Of a DNA stretch of 16,383 bases, positions 7,774-15,602 are shown one piece after another. Each line of letters opens with the position of its first letter. The stretch's first letter is position 1. A program made the translations under genes and the position numbers. Origin of the DNA: a virus. Its lineage: Duplodnaviria; Heunggongvirae; Uroviricota; Caudoviricetes. The DNA is taken from IMG/VR virus record IMGVR_UViG_2630968533_000009. One strand, written 5' to 3'. The notes below the pieces were generated by a model, which did not search any database, was not told where the DNA came from, and saw only the letters and a list, made by a program, of their open reading frames with translations.

Positions 7774-8726
7774 TGTATGCCGTTTTAGGAGAGATTGAAT
7801 TTAAGGTTGTCACATTCTGGGACGGCTTTAAAAGCACAATGGGCGTGGATTACGCCACACATGCCCGTATAGAAGGCAAACCCGGCGTGCAGTTTATTGG
7901 CGATAAGCTGGATATGCTGGCGCTGGAATTTTCCCTGCACAGCCAGTTTTGCCAGCCCACAACAGAGCTGAACCGACTGCGTGAAGCCATGCTTGCTCAC
8001 AAGGCGATGGCACTGGTATTTGGCAATGGCGATTATCGCGGCTGGTTTGTGATTACGGAGCTAACCGCCACCCACCAGCACACCGATCCCTGGGGCAATG
8101 TGATTGCCCAAAACGGAACGATGTCGCTCCAGGAGTACACCGGCGATCCTAAAAATCCACTTTTACCTCCGGCGATTACCACCCAGGAGCCCAACATCGA
8201 GGAAAAGGCGAGCGATTTTCCCGACAAGGTGGAGTCCTGGTTTGATCAGATATTAAACGCCATCGAAGAAGGTATGCGTAAGGCCAAAGAGATGCTGGAT
8301 GAACTGACACAAGCCATTGAAGATATTAAAAAAACGGTGGCAAAAGTGAAAGCAATGATTAAAGAGGCCAAAGCGTTAAAAGAAAAGTGTGAAAAGATAA
8401 TTACGTCATTGAAAAAGACAATCGACGCCATCGAAACCCTGTTTAAACAGCCAATGGATCTGCAAACGCTGGCAGGACTCCCAAAAGCGTTGTCGGCGCA
8501 GATTAAAACTTTACTGGGTAACATGCCAGGTATCCGGGACTGCGCCAATGACGCCAGTACACTGGTTGACCATGCTCAGGCGCTTTTCGACGACATTACC
8601 AGCGACATCGCCGAAGCGACGTTTGATAAAGCCGCAACGTTGGTTGATCAGGCACGAACAACGGTACAACAAACCACTCCCACAGTGAGCCAGCTTGCTG
8701 CCGCGACCATTACGAGGATCTGGTGA
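7773..8726 (+). CDS. gpU-like tail protein with a long C-terminal coiled-coil extension
   Basis: N-terminal ~130 aa (MYAVLGEIEFKV ... DY ... FIG ... LALEF ... GWFVITE) follows the pattern I recall for P2 gpU. The C-terminal ~185 aa are Lys/Glu/Ala-rich and heptad-like. Start overlaps the tape measure stop (ATGA). Confidence 0.6.
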   Translation: MYAVLGEIEFKVVTFWDGFKSTMGVDYATHARIEGKPGVQFIGDKLDMLALEFSLHSQFCQPTTELNRLREAMLAHKAMALVFGNGDYRGWFVITELTATHQHTDPWGNVIAQNGTMSLQEYTGDPKNPLLPPAITTQEPNIEEKASDFPDKVESWFDQILNAIEEGMRKAKEMLDELTQAIEDIKKTVAKVKAMIKEAKALKEKCEKIITSLKKTIDAIETLFKQPMDLQTLAGLPKALSAQIKTLLGNMPGIRDCANDASTLVDHAQALFDDITSDIAEATFDKAATLVDQARTTVQQTTPTVSQLAAATITRIW

Positions 8727-8935
8727 TGCGATACCTTGAACATATCACCACCGACGGCGAACGCTGGGATAATCTGGCATGGCATTACTACGGTGATGCG
8801 CTGGCTTATGAACGCATAATCGCCGCCAATCCACATGTAGCCATTTACCCGGTACTGCCTTCCGGTATTCAGCTCATTATTCCGGTCATTTCCGTCAATA
8901 AAACCTTATCGGAGATCCCACCATGGCTGAGATAA
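8726..8935 (+). CDS. Tail protein X (gpX-like)
   Basis: About 70 aa with GD/ER-WD ... YYGD ... ANP ... LPSG pattern resembling P2 gpX. ATG 8726 overlaps the upstream TGA; GTG 8723 is an alternative start. Confidence 0.7.
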   Translation: MRYLEHITTDGERWDNLAWHYYGDALAYERIIAANPHVAIYPVLPSGIQLIIPVISVNKTLSEIPPWLR

Positions 8936-9963
8936 GCGTAACTGGTGGCGTCTTTGCCACACTCACGCCCATTTTTACCCTCTGGTATGGGCATAAAGAT
9001 ATCACTTATGACATCACACCCTATGTCACCAGCATCAGTTACCACGACAGCATCAAAAACGAGTCGGATACCATCGCAATTACACTGGATGACACAGATG
9101 GACGCTGGATAAAAGAGTGGTATCCCGGCAAAGGCGATACGCTGGCGCTGCATATGGGTTATCAGGGAGAGAAGCTGCTCGATTGTGGTCAGTATATTAT
9201 TGATAAAATTGATATTTCAGCGCCACCTTCTACGGTAAATATTGATGGCATCGCCACTTCCGTCAATCAGGCGCTGCGCACCCGTAACAGCCAGGGTTTT
9301 GAAGAAACGACGCTTTCGGCTATCGCCAGCCGTATCGCACAAACTCACGGCCTAAAGCTGGTGGGCAAAATCGAGCCTCTGACAATTGACCGGGTGACAC
9401 AGTACGGCGAAACCGATGTTGGATTTCTCAAACGTCTGGCCAGTGAATATGGTTATGCCGTAAAAGTGACGACGAAAGAGCTGATTTTTTCACATTTACC
9501 CACGCTGCGCTGCCTGGCACCTGTGAAAAAGATCGACCGCAAAGACGTTTCGCATTTCACCTTCAAAGATACCATTAACCGTATCTACAAAAACGCCACC
9601 GTACAGCATCAAAATAGTAAGAAAAAAGAACTGGTTATCTACACTCACAACAGCCAGCAAAAACCGTCTGCCCGTGGAGTCGGCACCAGTGCCGACACGC
9701 TAAAACTGAACAGTCGGGCGACGGACGTTGGCGCAGCACAGGCAAAAGCCAACGCTGCACTCGACAGCCACAACGAATATCAGCAAACCGGAACGCTCAC
9801 AATGATGGGCTGCCCGGAACTGACGGCGGGCAATAAAATCGAGCTAACCGATTTTGGCGTGCTTTCCGGTCAATGGCTAATTGATAAATCGACTCACAGT
9901 TTTGTGCGCAGCGGCTATACCACTGAAATCGACGTGTCGCGCGGGCCAGCGACCAGCCAGTAA
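8923..9963 (+). CDS. gpD-like tail/baseplate hub protein
   Basis: 346 aa with DDTDG, TTLSAIASRIAQTHGLKL and ETDVGFLKRLA motifs matching the P2 gpD / Mu P family as I recall it. Confidence 0.85.
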   Translation: MAEISVTGGVFATLTPIFTLWYGHKDITYDITPYVTSISYHDSIKNESDTIAITLDDTDGRWIKEWYPGKGDTLALHMGYQGEKLLDCGQYIIDKIDISAPPSTVNIDGIATSVNQALRTRNSQGFEETTLSAIASRIAQTHGLKLVGKIEPLTIDRVTQYGETDVGFLKRLASEYGYAVKVTTKELIFSHLPTLRCLAPVKKIDRKDVSHFTFKDTINRIYKNATVQHQNSKKKELVIYTHNSQQKPSARGVGTSADTLKLNSRATDVGAAQAKANAALDSHNEYQQTGTLTMMGCPELTAGNKIELTDFGVLSGQWLIDKSTHSFVRSGYTTEIDVSRGPATSQ

Positions 9964-9972
9964 GGAGGAAAT

Positions 9973-10674
9973 ATGAAAGGAGTAACCCGTCAAACGGGGA
10001 TTATCAGCGATATTGACGAAACCAGCGTTCGGGTGCGGGTCACGCTCCCGGAGTGTGACAATCTGAAGAGCAACTGGCTTGCGGTACTTCAACGCAATTC
10101 CCAGGACAATAAAGACTACTGGCTACCGGATATGGGCGAGCAAGTGGAAGTTCTGCTGGACAATAACGGTGAAGATGGCGTGGTGCTGGGCGCAGTTTAT
10201 TCTACGGTTGACACCGCGCCTGTAGCCTCGCGCGACAAACGTTACGTCCAGTTTTCTGATGGCGCAGCGTTTGAATATGACCGCAGCACGCACCAGCTGA
10301 CGATCAACGGCGGTATCGAGAAAATCGTGATTGAGGTTATCAACGGTACCTGCCTGACATCGCCCAACGTTGAGATTAAAGCCCAACAGGTCACCGTGAC
10401 TTCCGATACCGTCGATGTTAAAGCGACCGATGTCAGCATCGACGCCACTAAGGTCGAGGTTAAAGCAGCAGCAGTGACGGTAGATGCGCCCATGAGCACC
10501 TTTACTGGCAACGTCACGGTAATGAAAAAACTCACCTGGCTTGGCGGGATGGCAGGAAGTGGAGGCATCGGTAACGCAGCCACGATAACCGGCAATGTCA
10601 ACGTGATCGGCAACGTTCAGGCCAGCGGCGCATTGCAGGACAGCGGTGGCAACTCCAACCACCATTCACACTGA
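9973..10674 (+). CDS. Baseplate central spike (gpV-like)
   Basis: 233 aa with a strong RBS (AAGGAGG). N-terminal domain followed by a Val/Thr/Ala-rich beta-helix-like repeat region and a His-rich C-terminus (NHHSH). Confidence 0.8.
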   Translation: MKGVTRQTGIISDIDETSVRVRVTLPECDNLKSNWLAVLQRNSQDNKDYWLPDMGEQVEVLLDNNGEDGVVLGAVYSTVDTAPVASRDKRYVQFSDGAAFEYDRSTHQLTINGGIEKIVIEVINGTCLTSPNVEIKAQQVTVTSDTVDVKATDVSIDATKVEVKAAAVTVDAPMSTFTGNVTVMKKLTWLGGMAGSGGIGNAATITGNVNVIGNVQASGALQDSGGNSNHHSH

Positions 10675-10679
10675 CGTTT

Positions 10680-10708
10680 AACCCGCCTGATGGCGGGTTT
10701 TCTCTTTT
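10680..10708 (+). terminator. Terminator-like hairpin between gpV and gpW genes
   Basis: AACCCGCC-tgat-GGCGGGTT (8-bp stem) followed by T-rich TTCTCTTTTT, inside the 98-nt gap between the two genes. Confidence 0.5.
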
Positions 10709-10772
10709 TAATCAATCAGTTTTCTAAATCGCTTTAATATCTCCACAGCCCGTTCAGGGCGAAAATACCCTC

Positions 10773-11132
10773 ATGAACACAAAAACACGCCCCTCAACGC
10801 TGCACTGGCAACCGGCCTTGCTGCGGCCTGAAGAATACGTCTGCGGACTGGATGATATTCACCAGGCAATACACATCATTCTGCGTACACCGCGCGGCAG
10901 TGATCCCCACAGACCGCTGTTTGGCAGCAACTTGTGGCACTACATCGATTACCCCATCGAGCGGGCTATCCCGCATGTGGTACGGGAGTCGGTGGAAGCC
11001 ATCCGCCAGTGGGAACCGCGCTGTCGGTTGCTGAAGGTGACACCAGTAATCGACGGCGAACATCTGACGTTACGTGTGCAATGGCGCGCCGCTGACGGCG
11101 TTATCAACTCAACGGAGGTGTTATGGCGATAG
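10773..11132 (+). CDS. Baseplate wedge protein (gpW/gp25-like)
   Basis: 119 aa with IHIILRTPRGS ... FGSNL ... WEPR pattern matching the gpW/gp25 family. Confidence 0.8.
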   Translation: MNTKTRPSTLHWQPALLRPEEYVCGLDDIHQAIHIILRTPRGSDPHRPLFGSNLWHYIDYPIERAIPHVVRESVEAIRQWEPRCRLLKVTPVIDGEHLTLRVQWRAADGVINSTEVLWR

Positions 11133-12100
11133 CCGAACCCAATTTTATTGACCGCGATCCTGCGCAAATTACCAGTGAGATGATTGCGCAATACGAAGAT
11201 GCCAGTGGTAAAAAACTCTATCCGGCACAGGCTGAGCGGTTGCTCATCGACCTGTTTGCCTATCGTGAAAACCTTGTACGCATCGCCATTCAGGAAGCGG
11301 CGAAACAAAACCTGGTCGCGTATTCCCGCGCGCCAATGCTGGATTATTTAGGAGAGCTGGTGGGCGTTCACCGTTTGCCTGCGCAGCCAGCAAAAACGAC
11401 GTTGCAGTTTTCGGTCGTCAGTGCGTATACCAGCAATATCCTGATTCCCCAGGGGACGCGGGCCAGTGCCTCTGATAGCGTGATGTTCGCCACCGATGAA
11501 GATGTTCTGCTTCCGGCCTGGAGTTTGCATATCGCCGTTCCTGCCACCAGCCTCGCAGCAGGTGAACAGGGTAACGGCTGGCAGCCTGCACAAATTAGCG
11601 CTCTGGTCGACAGGATTGGTCATTATGACATCAACGTAACCAACCTGACTGCGTCAACGGGCGGCTGCGGTGAAGAGAGCGATGACGCATTGCGCCAGCG
11701 TATCCAACTGGCACCAGAAAGCTTTAGTAATGCGGGCAGCTATGGCGCATACCGCTTTCATACGCTTTCTGTTAGCCAGTCGATTATTGACGTTGCAGTA
11801 CTGGGGCCGGACGAGGGATTGCCAGAAGGCTGCGTGGAGATCTACCCGCTAACGCTGTTTACCACCGCCGATCAGGAGACAACGCTGGCTGCGGCGCGTA
11901 AAGCGATTAGCCTCTGGACGCAACAGCGGCAGAAACATCTGGGGCAAGACATTGTGCCAAACCAGATAATCAAAGTGTTACAGGTCGATGGCGTCTATGA
12001 CGTTGCGCTGAACTTGCCTACAAAACGTATTTTGCAGGCGCATGAATGGGCGGAATGCACTGCAATAGACGTCACGATCGCCGGAGTTAGCGATGGATAA
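11123..12100 (+). CDS. Baseplate J-like protein
   Basis: 325 aa immediately after the gpW-like gene with overlapping start. Size and order match P2 gpJ / Mu baseplate J. Confidence 0.85.
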   Translation: MAIAEPNFIDRDPAQITSEMIAQYEDASGKKLYPAQAERLLIDLFAYRENLVRIAIQEAAKQNLVAYSRAPMLDYLGELVGVHRLPAQPAKTTLQFSVVSAYTSNILIPQGTRASASDSVMFATDEDVLLPAWSLHIAVPATSLAAGEQGNGWQPAQISALVDRIGHYDINVTNLTASTGGCGEESDDALRQRIQLAPESFSNAGSYGAYRFHTLSVSQSIIDVAVLGPDEGLPEGCVEIYPLTLFTTADQETTLAAARKAISLWTQQRQKHLGQDIVPNQIIKVLQVDGVYDVALNLPTKRILQAHEWAECTAIDVTIAGVSDG

Positions 12101-12809
12101 ATTGCTACCACCGCCGCCGCTTGCCAGCGATGAGCGTTTTTCGATTCTGGCAAATATCGCCGCCGAGCGTTTTGCCCAACTCGATCTGACGGCGTTGATG
12201 GTTTATCTGGTCGACCTGGTTGATGCTTCGGCATTACCAGCCCTTGCAGAACAATTTCACGTTCAGGGGTTGGAAGGTTGGTTATTTACCACCGATGAGC
12301 GGGAGAAACGCGAGTTAATTAAACAAGCCATTGAACTGCATAAATATAAAGGAACAATTTGGGCGGTGCGGCGGGTGCTGGAAATACTCTCCTTACCCGG
12401 AACTATTTCAGAATGGTTTGAATATGGGGGAAGGGCTTACTTTTTTAAGGTTGATATTACACTAGAGGAAAAAGGATTAAATGAAGATGAATTCAATGCA
12501 CTTATCACATTAATTCATGAATATAAAAATGTCCGTTCAAAGCTGGAAAGCATTGTTATTTGGCTTATTAATCGAAGCCCAATACCAGTTATTGGCAGTG
12601 CCATGCAAGGAGGGGAAGTCATTACAGTATTGCCTCCTGTTGCAGAAAGCCTCAGCCAGTCATCTGGAATATTTTTAGCGACAGGTTATTGTGTGGAGGA
12701 ATATATTCAACTACTACCTTATCAACCCGATCGACTAACACAATCCCAACCGATGAAGGTCGGCACAGGATACTGGAGCACCGAAATTATGTCTGTATAT
12801 CCGGAGTAA
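12093..12809 (+). CDS. gpI-like baseplate protein with extended low-GC C-terminal region
   Basis: N-terminus [16 protein letters not shown] is typical of the P2 gpI family. At 238 aa it is longer than P2 gpI, and the C-terminal part (about 12420..12720) is visibly AT-rich. Confidence 0.7.
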   Translation: MDKLLPPPPLASDERFSILANIAAERFAQLDLTALMVYLVDLVDASALPALAEQFHVQGLEGWLFTTDEREKRELIKQAIELHKYKGTIWAVRRVLEILSLPGTISEWFEYGGRAYFFKVDITLEEKGLNEDEFNALITLIHEYKNVRSKLESIVIWLINRSPIPVIGSAMQGGEVITVLPPVAESLSQSSGIFLATGYCVEEYIQLLPYQPDRLTQSQPMKVGTGYWSTEIMSVYPE

Positions 12810-12812
12810 TAA

Positions 12813-14422
12813 TGGCAAGTGAATTTTTTACAATATTAACTGCTGCAGGCAAAGCCAAAATTGCCTCAGCACTGGCCGAGCAAAAACAGATCCGTCTGCA
12901 AACTATGGTAGTTGGCGACGGTAATGGTAAATATATCGAACCGACAGAAAGTCAGACCAAAGTAGTCCATGAGGTCTGGCGTGGTCAGCTCAATACATTA
13001 AAAATTGCGCCAGATAATCCGGCCTGGGTTATCGCAGAAGCGATTATTCCCGAACAAGTCGGAGGCTGGTATGTACGCGAAGTTGGGTTACTGGATACCG
13101 ACGGCACGATGGTCGCTATTGGTAAATTCCCGGAAACCTATAAGCCACGATTACCTGCGGGGGCCAGTAAGCAAATCGTTATACGCGCGGTCATGGAAGT
13201 CACCAATGCAGATGCGGTGACGCTTTTGATCGACCCTTCAGTCGTTGTGGCAACCAGGGAATATGTCGATGACGCGTTGAAAACACATCAGCAATCACGA
13301 AATCATCCTGATGCGACGCTGACACAAAAAGGTTTTACGCAGCTGAGTAATGCGACTAATAGCGATGATGAAACCAAAGCGGCCACGCCAAAAGCGGTAA
13401 AAACGGCATATGACCTGGCAAATAGCAAAGCTGCCACCAGTCATAATCATGCCTGGAATCAGATTACTGGTATCCCTGATGGTACACTGACGCAGAAAGG
13501 AGTCGTTAAGCTTAACAATACAACAAATAGCACCAGTACGACGGAAGCTGCAACACCAAGTGCGGTTAAGGCAGCGATGGATAAGGCTATTGCTGCGGCA
13601 CCGTCCAGCCATACCCATGCCTGGGGGCAAATAACAGGTATCCCCGACGGTACGCTGACGCAAAAAGGGGTCGTGAAACTTAATAATGCGACCAACAGCA
13701 CCAGTACGACGGAAGCTGCAACGCCGAACGCTGTTAAGGCAGCGATGGATAAGGCTATTGCTGCGGAAAGCTGTCCTGTTGGGATGCCTATTCCCTGGCC
13801 ATCTGATTCTGTACCTTCAGGCTACGCTCTGATGACAGGTCAGACATTTAATAAAACCTCCTATCCCAAACTGGCAATTGCATATCCATCTGGTGTTATT
13901 CCTGATATGCGCGGATGGATAATTAAAGGAAAACCATCCAGTGGGCGCGCTATATTATCTACTGAACTGGATGGAGTTAAATCACATAACCATACGGGCA
14001 GTATTTCGAGTACGGACTTAGGGACGAAATCTGTATCATCAATAGATCTAGGAACAAAGAACACTCAGTCATTTAATCATGGGATAAAAACAACAAATAC
14101 AGCAGGCGCGCATAGCCATGATAGTGGTTCTGGCGAAAGTAGTGAGGGGGGAAAACCTCGGTATGGTACTCGTGATAACACAACAAATAATTTTGGTTCT
14201 GGTGAATCAGATCATGACAATTACAAATTTAACACATCCACGGATGGAGAGCATGCACATTCAGTTAATGTTGGCTCACACTCTCACTCTGTTATTTTAG
14301 GGTCACATAATCATTCAATTGCCCTTGGTTCCCATAATCACTCCCTAACCATTAATAATACCGGCAACACCGAAAACACCGTCAAAAATATCGCATTCAA
14401 CTATATTGTGAGGCTAGCATGA
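12813..14422 (+). CDS. Tail fiber protein
   Basis: Conserved Mu S / P2 H-type N-terminal domain, three internal fiber repeats, collar-like segment ([11 protein letters not shown] ... [12 protein letters not shown]) and HxH-rich tip. Start set at ATG 12813 after the gpI stop; the track's 12689 start is an upstream in-frame extension. Confidence 0.85.
13306..13766 (+). repeat. Tandem tail-fiber repeats (about 56 aa / 168 nt period, three copies)
   Basis: Copies 2 and 3 (13469..13598 and 13637..13766) are near-identical in nucleotide sequence, differing mostly at synonymous positions. Copy 1 (from about 13306) is more diverged. Protein motif TLTQKG-x-LNNxTNS ... EAATP-x-AVK-x-A-x-D. Confidence 0.7.
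14264..14344 (+). repeat. Three tandem 27-nt repeats encoding x-x-x-G-S-H-x-H-S
   Basis: GTTAATGTTGGCTCACACTCTCACTCT / GTTATTTTAGGGTCACATAATCATTCA / ATTGCCCTTGGTTCCCATAATCACTCC, in frame within the fiber C-terminus. Confidence 0.7.
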
Positions 14423-15126
14423 ATACTTTTACCTTTTCCGATGAAGCTCAAATACTAACTGTATATAATTTTTCACAAGACTCCCAAGAATATATCGGTG
14501 AGTCTGATGCATACATTGCACCTAATACAGGCTTGCCAAATTATTGCACATTAATTTCACCTCCCGAAAAGGTTCCTGGTTTTACTCCAGTGTGGGAGAA
14601 TGAAACATGGAGACTTATTGAAGATCATCGAGGCCAAACTGTTTATAACAAAGTTGATGGTAGCCAGCTTATTATTCAAGAATTGGGCCAATTACCTGAA
14701 AATGTAACAGTCATTTCCCCGACAGGTTCTTTTGAACGTTGGGATGGTGAAAAATGGCAACCATCTATAACCGATGCTAAAGAGGCGAAATACTCTGCAA
14801 TCAAAAATCAACGCGATGCCATCACAACCGATTACATCATCATCAACAACCATCACTTCCACAGTGATACAAATAGCCGTATCCAACAGCTTTCACTCAC
14901 AAAAATGGGAGCGGAGAAAAAAATTCCGCCAGGTTTAATGTGGAAAACTAAAAATAATGGTCTGATTGAGTTAACCAACGAAATCGCTGCCCAGTTTGAA
15001 TCGGTCACCATGGATCACGATATGCGCTTGTTCGCAAACGCCCAGCGTCATATCGCGGCGGTGGAAGCACTGGACGATATTCAGGCGGTGCTCGACTACG
15101 ATTATTCAACAGGCTGGCAACCATGA
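14419..15126 (+). CDS. Tail fiber assembly chaperone (Tfa-like)
   Basis: 235-aa ORF directly after the fiber with ATGA start/stop overlap. AT-rich N-terminal two-thirds and a normal-GC C-terminal about 45 aa ending [10 protein letters not shown]. Confidence 0.6.
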   Translation: MNTFTFSDEAQILTVYNFSQDSQEYIGESDAYIAPNTGLPNYCTLISPPEKVPGFTPVWENETWRLIEDHRGQTVYNKVDGSQLIIQELGQLPENVTVISPTGSFERWDGEKWQPSITDAKEAKYSAIKNQRDAITTDYIIINNHHFHSDTNSRIQQLSLTKMGAEKKIPPGLMWKTKNNGLIELTNEIAAQFESVTMDHDMRLFANAQRHIAAVEALDDIQAVLDYDYSTGWQP

Positions 15127-15578
15127 GTAAAACCACTGTCTGGCTCGCTTGTTATAAGGGCCGAACAGAGCACCGTGGTATTGCCCGACTGGCTGACTGG
15201 CTTACCCGTAAAATCACACGCGGTCATTATTCCCACTGTGAATTAGCCGTTAAGCATGGTGAAAAGAGATACCTTTGTTACTCTGCATCACTGCGCGATC
15301 GCGGTGTACGCGGAAAGATAATGCCATTGCCAGCGGATAAGTGGGATATGCTGCCGCTCCAGGCTAGCCTTCAGGATGTGGAAACTTTTTTCCGTAAACA
15401 TGATGGCAAAAAATATGACTGGCGCGGAGCATTAGGAATTATTACCGGTAATAAAGAACAGCGCGATCGCCTGTTTTGCAGTGAATTTTGTGCTGAATTT
15501 CTGCAACTGAAGGAAAGCTGGCGCTATTCTCCAAACCACTTGTACGCTTTAGTCAGCAGCTGGCAATACCAGCAATAA
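15123..15578 (+). CDS. Hypothetical protein, possible LRAT / permuted NlpC-P60-like thiol hydrolase (accessory gene)
   Basis: 151-aa ORF translationally coupled to the fiber assembly gene (ATGA). Motifs YSHCELAV ... KHG and LFCSEFCAEF resemble the His ... His ... Cys order of that fold, from memory only. No signal peptide. Confidence 0.3.
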   Translation: MSKTTVWLACYKGRTEHRGIARLADWLTRKITRGHYSHCELAVKHGEKRYLCYSASLRDRGVRGKIMPLPADKWDMLPLQASLQDVETFFRKHDGKKYDWRGALGIITGNKEQRDRLFCSEFCAEFLQLKESWRYSPNHLYALVSSWQYQQ

Positions 15579-15583
15579 ATCAC

Positions 15584-15602
15584 GCCGGGCTTTATGCCCG
15601 GC
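15584..15602. terminator. GC-rich hairpin between convergent genes (possible bidirectional terminator)
   Basis: GCCGGGC-tttat-GCCCGGC, 7-bp all-GC stem, 6 nt after the 15578 stop and overlapping the stop of the minus-strand gene. Confidence 0.5.

Noticed and set aside
1130-10665. Minus-strand ORFs inside plus-strand tail and lysis genes (1130..1525, 3270..3638, 5791..6294, 6282..6857, 7317..7676, 8246..8548, 10123..10665, 10242..10613, 11348..11623, 13295..13663 and others)
   Set aside because: They lie antisense to well-supported genes, lack ribosome-binding sites, and have biased compositions typical of shadow ORFs.
13306-13766. Diversity-generating retroelement acting on the fiber repeats
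   Set aside because: No reverse transcriptase gene in the window, and differences between copies are scattered synonymous changes rather than adenine-specific.
12689-14422. Tail fiber start at 12689
   Set aside because: That start lies inside the gpI-like gene in another frame. ATG 12813 sits 4 nt after the gpI stop and gives the conserved fiber N-terminus.
12813-15578. Invertible host-range segment (Mu G-segment style) or shufflon
   Set aside because: No invertase or recombinase gene and no inverted alternative fiber or assembly gene on the minus strand.
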